Below are positions 40,113 through 49,109 of a stretch of 64,000 nt of DNA, piece by piece. Numbering within the stretch: position 1 is the first letter of the stretch; the number at the start of each line of letters is the position of its first letter. The notes beneath the pieces were generated by a model. The model was not told where the DNA came from and made no database searches. It was given only the letters and a program-made list of their open reading frames with translations. Both the position numbers and the translations under genes were made by a program. Location: contig CAWEYL010000003.1 of NCBI GenBank assembly GCA_963813335.1, positions 320,001 through 384,000 of the forward strand. Direction: 5' to 3'. The DNA is from an uncultured Chloroflexia bacterium. GTDB lineage: Bacteria; Chloroflexota; Limnocylindria; Limnocylindrales; CSP1-4.

Positions 40113-40128
40113 TTGCGTACTTGCGCAA
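40113..40128. promoter_or_regulatory. Putative ArsR operator
   Basis: TTGCG-TACTTG-CGCAA inverted repeat in an AT-rich patch upstream of arsR. Confidence 0.5.
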
Positions 40129-40287
40129 CTAACGTACTAATCGGTGCACCTGGAACCTCGCACGGACTCCGACTGGAATGAGCAACCGCGCGCGACTCGA
40201 CGGCGTCCCATCGACGCGGGCGCGACATGGGCGCACCAACCTAGGACCGCGATCGCGGGGACGTTCCCACGTGGCTCGCACAGAAAG

Positions 40288-40303
40288 TGGTCGGGGCGAG
40301 AGG
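40288..40303 (-). repeat. tRNA-Pro 3'-end copy (att-like site 4)
   Basis: Exact TGGTCGGGGCGAGAGG. Confidence 0.88.
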
Positions 40304-40383
40304 GATAGCCCCGCCACCAACGACCTTCCCATCACGATGCGCCTCGCCGAGCCGCCGGAGCCTTTCGACTGGCTCAAGAGCGC

Positions 40384-40639
40384 ATGACGAGACGGCCATC
40401 CCGCCGAGCGCGCCACCGACCGCGAGGTCCGGGTGGTCGAAGCCGTCCTGGTCGCCGGGTCGGAGAAGGCCGCCGCCTACCGCCTCGGCCTGTCGCACTC
40501 GACCGTCAAGCACCACCTGGCGAACGCACGGACGAAGGTGGGGGCGGAGACGACGGCGCAGCTCGTGTGGATCCTGGCGGAGCGGCTGCCCGAGGCCGAA
40601 GACCTGGCCCCACCGGACGACGAACAGCAGTCCGCATGA
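40384..40639 (+). CDS. Small stand-alone LuxR-like HTH protein (probable frameshift near 40409)
   Basis: TDREVRVV...AAAYRLGLSHSTVKHHLANARTKVG. Confidence 0.65.
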
Positions 40640-40795
40640 CGAGGTCGTAGGGCTACTCGCGCTACCCCGAGGACTCTTCTTGGCACCCAAGACCGTCGAG
40701 GCGGACATCGCCAGCATCTTCTCGGAGCTCGAGCTCCTGCCCGCGCCGGACGATCACCTCGGGGTGCTTGCCGTCCTTGCCGATCTTCGAGGGGC
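40640..40795 (+). pseudogene. Decayed C-terminal fragment of a NarL-type response regulator
   Basis: LFLAPKTVEADIASIFSELELLPAPDDHLGVLAVL resembles the KTVE.H..SIF.KL....DDH.RVLAVL tail; no receiver domain. Confidence 0.6.
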
Positions 40796-41062
40796 GGGTG
40801 ACGCCGTCCTTCATGGTCACGTCGACCGCACAGCTCGGCCCGTTTCGCTCGCGCGGCTCGTGCTGTGGGTCCTGCGTTCAGGCGGGCTCGCGCTCCGACT
40901 CCTCCGTCGTCTCGACGCCGCCCGTTCCTTCGGTGCTCCCATGCCACGTGGATCCTGGGAGGGGCCCACGACGGCGGCGCCCGCCGGCTGGCGTTGCCGG
41001 CGCGCGGTGAAGATGGTCGGGGACGGGATGGTCGACGATCTGCGTGCCCAGGAGCTACCTCG

Positions 41063-41636
41063 CTAGGGGTTGGCCACGCGCCACGATTGGCTCACGCCGA
41101 CCCCATTGGTGTCGCCCGCCCCGTGGTCGCCGGCCGAGAAGTACAGGGGCGCGCCGTTGTAGGTGAGCTGCACGGTCCCGTCTGGCCGCGTCACCTGGGC
41201 CAACTTGCCGGTGATCCCGCTGACACCCGCGGTGGCGCCGTCACTCAGGAGCAGCGGCGGCCAGGTCTTCGAGCAGCTCGCGTTGCAGGCGCTCGTCCCA
41301 GAACCGGGCACGTCCTTGTTGAAGACGTAGACGGTCAGGGGATCCTCGCCAGTCGTCGAATTCGGCCACGAGGTACGTGCCCACCCCGGCCTTCGTTGTT
41401 GACGACAGGGTCCACACCGCGACGTTGTTGCCCTCCCCGCCAGCTGCCGTGGGAGCGGCCGATGCCGGTGCGACCGTGGTGGTCGCCGCTGGCACCGACG
41501 AGGCGCCGTTCGACGCACAAGCGCTGAGCGTCAGAGCGAGGGCCGCGACGATCACGATGAGCGCTCGGGCATGCAGGCGTTGGTTTGGTGCGCGCCCGGT
41601 TCCGGATCCCTTCTCATGCTGTGCGTTCATCTTCAT
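41063..41636 (-). CDS. Lipoprotein with Y-x4-D repeats (COG4315-like), frameshift near 41345
   Basis: Lipobox LSAC; TVYVFNKD, SAC...C..TWPPL, RPDG..QLTYNG.PLYF..D...GD.NG. Confidence 0.8.
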
Positions 41637-41880
41637 GGTCCTTCCTCTCGGCTCCCCGCGCCGCTCTCCACGACGTGGATCTGGCCTAGTCAATTCGAGG
41701 TTGCTGCCGGCCCAGCCGACGCCGGGGCGCAGCGAACGCGTGCGTGGCACATTGCTGACATCACACCGCCGCCTTACAGGCGCACGGATCGTGGATCCGA
41801 AGCCCGGTCACTCAGCTCGCGGTCGTTCCCGTGCGCAGGACGACCGCGTCCGGGTTGCGAAGGGCGAGGCAGATCGGGCA

Positions 41881-42246
41881 CTACGCGAAGGCGACCGTCT
41901 TCGCGCCGGCCACGATCTCCTCGACCACCTTGGCCGCCCCGACGATCCTCGCGCCGTCGGCCACCTGCTCCTCGCCGATCCCGCGCGGCTTGGTGCAGGC
42001 GCCGCACAGCCAGACCTCGCCGCCGTTGCCGATGAACTGCGCATACAGGTCGGCCAGCACCGGCAGGCCCGGGGAGGCGATCCCGTCGAGGCCGCCGTGC
42101 GTTCCGAGCCAGACGGCGTCGATCGTGCACAAGACAACCGCGCTTTGTCCCGCGGTCGCCGCGATATTCGCCGCGACGAACGGGAGCGTCGCCCGCTCGG
42201 CCTCGTCCTTGCCGTGCGTGCAATTGAAGATCAGCATGTCGCTCAT
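41881..42246 (-). CDS. DsrE-family protein (module 1)
   Basis: THG.DE.ERATLPFVAAN.A, WLCGACTKPRGI. Confidence 0.85.
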   Translation of the reverse strand: MSDMLIFNCTHGKDEAERATLPFVAANIAATAGQSAVVLCTIDAVWLGTHGGLDGIASPGLPVLADLYAQFIGNGGEVWLCGACTKPRGIGEEQVADGARIVGAAKVVEEIVAGAKTVAFA

Positions 42247-42929
42247 CGGGTCCTCTCGATCGTGAACTGGTGGCGCCCGTCGCCGGTCGCCTCGGTGGAA
42301 CGGACCGTCTGGCCCAGCATCCGGGCCAGCGGCGGCAGGTCCTCCTTCGCCGCCGGGTCGCGCGCGACGACCACGAGGACGTCGCCTAGGGGGATGGCGC
42401 CGATGCGCCGGCGGAACTCGTCCGCCAGGCCGTCGGCGCAACCCATGGCCCCGGCGTCGAAGTGGTGGACGCCCGACTGTGCCGCGGCCCTGGGCGCGTC
42501 CCCCTCGCCAGCCGGCCGGAAGCCGGAGCAGAGGACGTCAAGCCGGGCGATGCGCCCGTCGGGGTCGACGTCGAGGTAGACCTGCTGCTCGACGAGCTCC
42601 CAGGCGCCGTCGGCGTAGGTGCGGAACTGGTACCGGGCCGAGGTGCGGTCGGCCATCCGCTCGGTGAGGACCTCCCGGACCTCGACGGCGTCCGCGTCGC
42701 CGAACCAGTCTGTGTACCTGGCGACGACCTCGGCGGCGCCGGTGACTGCCCCCGGGCCGCTCGGGATGAGGTATCGGAGGGCGGCGTCGCGAGCCAGGAG
42801 GTCGAACATGCCGCGGAAGTCGCGGGCCGCGACGGCCGCGACGAACTGCCGGGCTGCGGCGCGGGCTGGGTCGCCGCCGCTGGGTGCGGCCGGTGCGATT
42901 GTGGCCTGGCCGCCTGCCTGGGATGTCAA
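42243..42929 (-). CDS. SnoaL/NTF2-like domain fused to TusA/SirA sulfur-carrier-like domain (module 1)
   Basis: FV.AVAARDF..LLA.D, LCSGF, then FDAGAMGCADG...GDVL.V...DPAAKEDLP; probable TTG start after GGAG. Confidence 0.75.
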   Translation of the reverse strand: MTSQAGGQATIAPAAPSGGDPARAAARQFVAAVAARDFRGMFDLLARDAALRYLIPSGPGAVTGAAEVVARYTDWFGDADAVEVREVLTERMADRTSARYQFRTYADGAWELVEQQVYLDVDPDGRIARLDVLCSGFRPAGEGDAPRAAAQSGVHHFDAGAMGCADGLADEFRRRIGAIPLGDVLVVVARDPAAKEDLPPLARMLGQTVRSTEATGDGRHQFTIERTR

Positions 42930-43004
42930 CTGCGTTTCTCCCCTGCTGGTTGGTGCAGGGGGCACGCTACGGGCTGGGCAACCCCGTGTCGTCCGGCGTT
43001 CGCC

Positions 43005-44660
43005 CTACGAATTGAGCGGTTCGAGCGAGTCGAGCAGGCCCTGCTGCATCGCGAACAGCGTGGCCGTCGAGCGCGTGGAGGCGCCGATCTTGGAGTAGAT
43101 GCGCTCGATGTGGGTGCCCGCCGTCTTGGGCGTGATCCCCAGGAGCCCGGCCACCTGCTTGTTCGACGCGCCCCGGGCGATCAGCAGCAGCACTTCCACC
43201 TCGCGCGCGGTGAGCCCGCCTGGCCCCGTGTGGCGGCGGGCCCGCCGCTGCCCCGCGGCCTCGAGCACCGCGTCAACCGCATCGGCCGCGAGGCGCCCAG
43301 CCCGGACCTCGCCCCGGAGCTGGTCGGCGGCCGCCCTCTCGGTCAGGGCCTCGCGGTACGGTCGTGCCTCGCTCATGGCGGCGAAGGCATCCGCGGCGGC
43401 GAGGATGCGGCCTGTGGCTGGGATCGCCGAGCCGGCGAGCCCGCGGTGGTACCCGGAGCCGTCGAGGCGTTCGTTCGCGAGCGCGGCGATCGCGCCGATC
43501 CGCCCGAGGGCGGGCGGTCGGGAGAGCATCCGGTGCGTGTAGTAGGCGTGCATCCGCATCCGCTCTGCCTCGCTCTTGGACAGCGGGCCGGGCTTCTCGA
43601 GGATCGTGGCCGGCAGGCCGTTCATCCCCAGGTCGTGAAGCAGTCCGGCCCGGCGGAGCGTTGCGGCGTCAGCGGGCGGCAGGCCAGAGAGCTCGGCCGC
43701 CAGCGCCGCCAGCGCCGCCACCCTGCGCGAGTGTCCGCCGCGCGAGGACGACCGGAGGTCGGTGAAGTCCGCCAGGGCCTCCATGGCCGTGTCGATCTCC
43801 GCTTCCGGCAGGCGACGCTGCAGGCCGACCTGGTCCGCGATCTCGTCGTTCCAGTCGCCGACCTTGTCGAGGCCAGCGAGGACGGCCTCGGCGTCGGCTA
43901 AGAAGGCGTCCACCACGTCGGGGGCGAACTGCGTGCCCCGCCACTCCTTGGCCAGCTTGACGGCGCCGGGACGGCCGTGGATGCGGTGCAGGACCTCTAC
44001 GCTGTCGGCGACGTGGAAGAGGCGCACGGCTGGTGCGATCTGCTCCCCGCCGACCCCCTCGGGCACGCCCTTTCCGTCCCACCGCGTGAACACCTGCAGG
44101 AGCTGGTGCGCGACGCCGGCGCCCAACCCGAGGCGCTCGGCCATCCGGGCGGTGGAGATGCAGTGCGACATGAAGCCGCGGGCGACCGGGGCCCCACCGG
44201 TGGACACGAGCGCGACGCCCAGCCTGAGCCGCTGGACGAGGGGCGCGCCGGCTCCCACCTTGCGCAGCGAGTAGGCCATCATCGGCAGGCCGGCCCGGTC
44301 CACGCCGAAGCTGTCACGCCGAAAGGCGATGTCGTCGCCGAACCAGTGCGCCACCTCGGGCGTGTCCGCGACGCAGCCCACCCAGGCAAGCGTCACGACG
44401 TAGTAGAGATCCTGGCGGTCGGCCGCTCCGAGGCCCATCCGCGCGGCGAGGCGGTCGGCGATCAGCCACGAGCGGAGGGCGTGCTCCATGGGCAGGCCGA
44501 GGCCAAGGTCGGTGGCCAGCGAGAAGGCGGCCACGAGGTCGGCCGAGCGGATCCCCGGATCGAGCTCGAGGTCGGGCGAATGGGGCGCAGCGGGTCGCAC
44601 TGCTGCAGTATCCCCCACCGACAGCGCCGGGCCGACGAGCGTCGGCCGGGCCCTGTTCAC
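43005..44660 (-). CDS. HD-GYP-like domain + LuxR HTH regulator
   Basis: SLATDLGLG, RWDGKGVP, LLHDLG, ERLDGSGYH, LTAREVEVL HTH; start may be 44600. Confidence 0.9.
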   Translation of the reverse strand: MNRARPTLVGPALSVGDTAAVRPAAPHSPDLELDPGIRSADLVAAFSLATDLGLGLPMEHALRSWLIADRLAARMGLGAADRQDLYYVVTLAWVGCVADTPEVAHWFGDDIAFRRDSFGVDRAGLPMMAYSLRKVGAGAPLVQRLRLGVALVSTGGAPVARGFMSHCISTARMAERLGLGAGVAHQLLQVFTRWDGKGVPEGVGGEQIAPAVRLFHVADSVEVLHRIHGRPGAVKLAKEWRGTQFAPDVVDAFLADAEAVLAGLDKVGDWNDEIADQVGLQRRLPEAEIDTAMEALADFTDLRSSSRGGHSRRVAALAALAAELSGLPPADAATLRRAGLLHDLGMNGLPATILEKPGPLSKSEAERMRMHAYYTHRMLSRPPALGRIGAIAALANERLDGSGYHRGLAGSAIPATGRILAAADAFAAMSEARPYREALTERAAADQLRGEVRAGRLAADAVDAVLEAAGQRRARRHTGPGGLTAREVEVLLLIARGASNKQVAGLLGITPKTAGTHIERIYSKIGASTRSTATLFAMQQGLLDSLEPLNS

Positions 44661-44820
44661 CAGCCGGCCGGCGCCAGATCGACACTCAAGGCGAGCGGAT
44701 GCCTGTGCCAGGTCCTGCGCTCAGCCGGGCGCCGGCCCGGGACGCGCACCAGCAGGCCCGGCCGGAGGGCTCGGTGGGCCGCAGCCTATTTGCCTTCGTC
44801 CGCGTGCCAGAAGGTCAGTC

Positions 44821-44837
44821 TGGTCGGGGCGAGAGGA
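44821..44837 (-). repeat. tRNA-Pro 3'-end copy (att-like site 5)
   Basis: Exact TGGTCGGGGCGAGAGGA; the following about 27 nt are nearly identical to those after 37612. Confidence 0.9.
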
Positions 44838-44927
44838 CTCGGCCCGACGGAACCTACCTCATCGCTGCGAACGCGTTGAGGCTCTCTCGAGCGGGAGAAG
44901 GTCTCGAACTCCACTTGCCCCTTGATC

Positions 44928-47858
44928 TCAGCCCGTCGTCGCCGGGGTAAGCAGCCCCAGGGTCGCCAGACGTTGGACGGCCTCCGCACGCGTCTGACAG
45001 TCGAGCTTCAGGAGCGCGCTGCCGACGTGCATCTCGACGGTGCGCGGGCTGATGAAGAGCGACTGGCCCATCTGACGGCTCGTCATGCCCCGGGCGACGA
45101 GGCGCACGACCTCGAGCTCGCGCCGAGTCAGGCCATGGTCCGCGAGCCTGCGTGCCTCGCGTGGCCCCAGCCGACGCTCGACGGACTCGCCGATCATCGC
45201 GAGGTCGGCGGCGATCGCCCGCCCCAGTGGGATCGCGCCGAGGCGGCGGGCCGTGCGGGCCGCGGCCACGAGCAGCGCGACGCCCTCGTCGCGGCGGCCG
45301 GCGCGAACGACCGCGATCCCGGCGCGGCGCCCGATCTCGGCCCGGTCCAGCGGCAGGTCGCGGGAGGAGACCGCTTCGAGGGCGCTGACGAGATGCTGCG
45401 CCGCGGTTTCGACTTCCCCGTCGATCCAGGCTGCGGCGCCGAGCGTCGCGCCGAGAGCCGCTACCGCCTCGGGCTGGGCAGTCTGGGCGGCGATCCGGGC
45501 GAGGGCTTCGGCGCAGGCCCGGACGCCAGCGCCGTCCCCGAGATCTCCGTAGACGGTGGCCGCCCAGCGCAGCGCGGGCACGATGTAGTGGCGCTCCTCC
45601 GTCCGGCTCCACCGCTCGCGCAGTCGGGCACAGCGCTCCAGCACGGCGGCCTCGTCACCGTCGAGTCGGTCGCACAGGGCTAGCCCCCACGTCGACGTCA
45701 GGTCCATGGCCGCGAGCTCGATGTGGCGGGCGAGCTGGACCGATGCCTCCAGATGTGGGCGCGCTCGCGTCGCGCTTCCGCGTAGCGCGGCGATGATGCC
45801 GACGATGCCTTCGGCGACGGCGCGGGCATGGAGCGTCGCGTCCCCCGAGCGGATCACGTCGCGCCCCATCTGCTCGGCGCGCGACCATTGCCCGGTCTGC
45901 CAGAGAACCATCGTCATGCACGCTACGCACAGTTGCGCCGATGACCCGAGCGCCTGGGTCCGGCAGTACTCGGCGCCTTCGACGTAGGCCGACCGCGCCG
46001 GATCGTAGTGACCGCCGTGCTCGAGCGAGTCGGCGAGCCGCTGGTACAGCTCGGCGGCCGCCGCGACGTGGCCCCCGTCGAGCGCCAGCGACAGACCCTC
46101 GCGGACAAGGGCGAGACCTTCCTCGAACCGGCCGAGTCGCGCCCGCACATTGCCGTCGAGTCCGGTCGCCCGGGCCACCAGGTCGACCCGCCCGGCGGCA
46201 GCAGCCTCCGTCCGCGTCACCGTCAGGAGCTCCTGTGCGGCGCTGAAGCTCCCAGCGGAACGGAGATGGGCGGCAGCCGCGAGGCGCTCGGTCGCCGCTT
46301 CTGCCGGGAGACCGGCCGCGGCGAAGGCGTCAGCGGCGGCGAGGCGGGCGTCGATCGCTCGCGCCCACCGGCCGAGGACTTCGAGGCAGCGGGCCCGGCG
46401 CGCATGCGCCTGCGCGGCGAGGTCGCCCCGGCCCTCCTCAGCCCGCTCGGCTGCCGCCCGCTCCCACGCCCGGGAGGCATCGGCTGGCGAGCCCGCCAGC
46501 TCCGCGGACTCGGCCAGCCGCTCGGTGATGGCGACCCGGGACGCGAGCGTGCCGCGGTCCTCCTCGAGCGCGCGGCGGTAACCGTCCGCGGCATCACGAT
46601 AGGCGTGGACGCGACGCGACGCATCGGCGCTCGAGAGGAGCCAGGGGATGGCCTCCTGAGGCTCGCCGCCGCGGAGCCAGTGCTCGGCGATGACCAGCGG
46701 CTCGGCTTCCCGATCCGCGAGCAACGCCGCGGCGTGACGGTGTCGCGAGCGGCGCTCGGGAGCCGGCAGCTCGTCGACCAGCACCTCGCGAACGAGCGCG
46801 TGGCGGAACCCCACGACCCCGTCCCGATCGGTGAGGATGCCGCACTCGAGACCCTCCCTCGACCACGCACCGGCGTCCGGGACGAGCTCGTCGATGAGCG
46901 ACCCGTCGATCGGATCGCCCAGCAGCGCCGCCGTCACGAGCGCCCGACGGGCCGCGGGGCTCAGGCCGTCCGTGCGCGCGAGGATACTGTCGCGCAGGGT
47001 GTCGGGGATCGGCAGGTCGGCCCGGGCGAGCGTGGCCCGGTCGCCCGAGACGGATACGGCGTCATCTCGGAGCAGGGCAGCGGCGAGCTCCTCCACGAAG
47101 AGCGGAAGGCCCTGACTCCGATCGACGAGCCGCCCGGCCAGTGTGTCGTCCGGCCGGGCGCCCAGCACCTGACTTGCCAGCTCGATGGTCGCCTCGGCAT
47201 CCAACGCGCCGAGCTCCACCTCCTCGAACCGTCCGATCCTGCGGAGTTCCACCCGCAGGCGCCGGACCCCACTGCCGCGCGGGATCTCGTCGGTGCGGTA
47301 TGCGCCGATCGCCAGAAGGGGCTCGTGGGCGGCTCGCGCGGCGATCACCGCGAGGGCCTCCAGGGTGGCATGGTCGGCATCCTGGAGATCCTCCACGACG
47401 AGCACGAGCGGGCGGCGTCGGGCGAGCTCGACGAGGACCTCGCATACGACCTCGAGGACATCAGCTCGGCCCTCGGCGATGACCGGCGACGCAGGCTCGA
47501 GGACCCGCGACGGGACTTCCGTCGATGGATCCAGGCCCAGCAGGATGCGGGCCGCGTCGCCGCCAGGCCTGCCACGCCCGACCCGCTCGATGACGGCTGG
47601 ACCGATCTCGGGCCAGGCGGGGTGGAAGCGGATCGCCGCCACGAGAGGCCCCAGCGGCATGGCGCCGGCACGACCCGCCGTGCCGCCCAGGACCACCAGG
47701 CCTCGCCGGTCGAGGGCGTGCTCGATCAGCGCCGTCTTGCCGATCCCCGCCTCACCGGCGACCAGGAGCACGCCACCGCGGCGCCGCCGAGCGTCAGTGA
47801 CCGCGCGACGAACGGTGGCGAGCTCTCGATCTCGACCGACCAGCGTGGAGGACCGCAT
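44928..47858 (-). CDS. AAA ATPase-TPR-LuxR (LAL-type) regulator
   Basis: LVGRDREL, GEAGIGKT, VVEDLQDAD, GLPLFVEEL, FRHAL, C-terminal LTRRELEV HTH. Confidence 0.93.
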   Translation of the reverse strand: MRSSTLVGRDRELATVRRAVTDARRRRGGVLLVAGEAGIGKTALIEHALDRRGLVVLGGTAGRAGAMPLGPLVAAIRFHPAWPEIGPAVIERVGRGRPGGDAARILLGLDPSTEVPSRVLEPASPVIAEGRADVLEVVCEVLVELARRRPLVLVVEDLQDADHATLEALAVIAARAAHEPLLAIGAYRTDEIPRGSGVRRLRVELRRIGRFEEVELGALDAEATIELASQVLGARPDDTLAGRLVDRSQGLPLFVEELAAALLRDDAVSVSGDRATLARADLPIPDTLRDSILARTDGLSPAARRALVTAALLGDPIDGSLIDELVPDAGAWSREGLECGILTDRDGVVGFRHALVREVLVDELPAPERRSRHRHAAALLADREAEPLVIAEHWLRGGEPQEAIPWLLSSADASRRVHAYRDAADGYRRALEEDRGTLASRVAITERLAESAELAGSPADASRAWERAAAERAEEGRGDLAAQAHARRARCLEVLGRWARAIDARLAAADAFAAAGLPAEAATERLAAAAHLRSAGSFSAAQELLTVTRTEAAAAGRVDLVARATGLDGNVRARLGRFEEGLALVREGLSLALDGGHVAAAAELYQRLADSLEHGGHYDPARSAYVEGAEYCRTQALGSSAQLCVACMTMVLWQTGQWSRAEQMGRDVIRSGDATLHARAVAEGIVGIIAALRGSATRARPHLEASVQLARHIELAAMDLTSTWGLALCDRLDGDEAAVLERCARLRERWSRTEERHYIVPALRWAATVYGDLGDGAGVRACAEALARIAAQTAQPEAVAALGATLGAAAWIDGEVETAAQHLVSALEAVSSRDLPLDRAEIGRRAGIAVVRAGRRDEGVALLVAAARTARRLGAIPLGRAIAADLAMIGESVERRLGPREARRLADHGLTRRELEVVRLVARGMTSRQMGQSLFISPRTVEMHVGSALLKLDCQTRAEAVQRLATLGLLTPATTG

Positions 47859-47864
47859 CCTGGG

Positions 47865-48224
47865 TCAGAAGGTTAACGAAGCGGCACCCGATGCGAGGAG
47901 CTCCACGACCTGCGCCGCGCTGACGATGGACGCGCCGTCGACCAGGTCGTCCGCGGTGATCGCGCGTGGCTTCGTGCACGCGCCGCAGGCCCAGATCCGA
48001 CCGCCGGCCGCAACGAACTGGGCCATGACATCCGAAAGCGCCGGGAGCGTATCGGCCACGACGCCGTCGGCACGGCCCTTCACGGCGAGCCAGGCTCCTT
48101 CGATGGTCAGAAGCACGATCGCATCCTGATCGGCGGTCGCCGCGACGTTCGCCACGACGAAGGGGAGGGTCGCGCGCTCCGGGTCTTCCGGTCCGTGCGT
48201 CGCGTTGACGATGATCGTAGCCAT
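47865..48224 (-). CDS. DsrE-family protein (module 2)
   Basis: THGPEDPERATLPFVVANVA, WACGACTKPR. Confidence 0.85.
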   Translation of the reverse strand: MATIIVNATHGPEDPERATLPFVVANVAATADQDAIVLLTIEGAWLAVKGRADGVVADTLPALSDVMAQFVAAGGRIWACGACTKPRAITADDLVDGASIVSAAQVVELLASGAASLTF

Positions 48225-48931
48225 CAGTTCGTGCCTCCTGAGGTCGATTCGTTTCCCGGCGCAGCAGCGCGTCGGATGAAGTAGCGGGCAGCGGCCTCGC
48301 CGGCCTGCTCGCGGCCGACCACGTGGTGGCCGGTCATGCGCCCCCATGAACGGAGGCCGTCCTCCGCCGAGGGGTCGTCGGTCAGGATCTCGAGCGTCTG
48401 GCCCGGCTCGAGGGCAAGGACCTCCGCCCGGATCGTCGGGGTCAGCGTGGCGCAGCTCAGGCCGAGTCCATCGAGCCGACGATCGGCGCGAACGCCAGCC
48501 GATGGCGCGGTGGCGATCGGACCAGCCTCTTCGACGATCGCGAAGCCCGAGCAGACCAGGGCGACGTCCGTCAGGCGGCCGTCGGCCACCCGTGCCACGA
48601 CGCGCTGCTCGACGACCCGGCGGATGCCCTCCTCCCAGAGCCGGATGCGGAAGCCAACCAGGAGCCGGTCGACGATCGAGTCCACGCTCGAGGCCAGCAG
48701 CTCCCGGTCCGAGGTCCCTTCGAACCAGCCCTCGATGACGGCGCGCGTGGCCGCGGCGGTCGATTCCTGGCGGATCGTCCGCGGGGTCAGCGCCCGGAAC
48801 CGGACATCCGGCGCAAGAAGCTGCTCGAACGCGTCGAAGTCCCCGGCGACGACGTCGTCGATGAGCGTCTGGCCGAGCCGCTCGGCGGCCGGGTCGTGTG
48901 GGATCGCGCGGTCGGGCGCGGAAGCGGTCAT
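48224..48931 (-). CDS. SnoaL/NTF2-TusA fusion (module 2)
   Basis: GGAGG RBS; LLAPDVRFRALTP, VCSGF, then LDGLGLSCATL...GQTLEILTDDPSA..GL.SW. Confidence 0.8.
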   Translation of the reverse strand: MTASAPDRAIPHDPAAERLGQTLIDDVVAGDFDAFEQLLAPDVRFRALTPRTIRQESTAAATRAVIEGWFEGTSDRELLASSVDSIVDRLLVGFRIRLWEEGIRRVVEQRVVARVADGRLTDVALVCSGFAIVEEAGPIATAPSAGVRADRRLDGLGLSCATLTPTIRAEVLALEPGQTLEILTDDPSAEDGLRSWGRMTGHHVVGREQAGEAAARYFIRRAAAPGNESTSGGTN

Positions 48932-49109
48932 CTCGGTACCTCCGGGCGTGCGGTCGAGGTCGACTCGACGGTATGTCGCGCGCACGACCCGAACAACCGG
49001 AGCACTACGGGGTTTCCGGTGCGAGGGCGCGCCCGACAGCTGCCGTCCGTCGCGTGACTCGGCGGCCGTGGGAGTAGCATCACCGCCTCGCGGGAGGAGG
49101 TCGTTGTCG

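Noticed and set aside
41014-41030. Possible att copy TGGTCGGGGACGGGAT
   Set aside because: Only 9 contiguous matches; intergenic but too short to support
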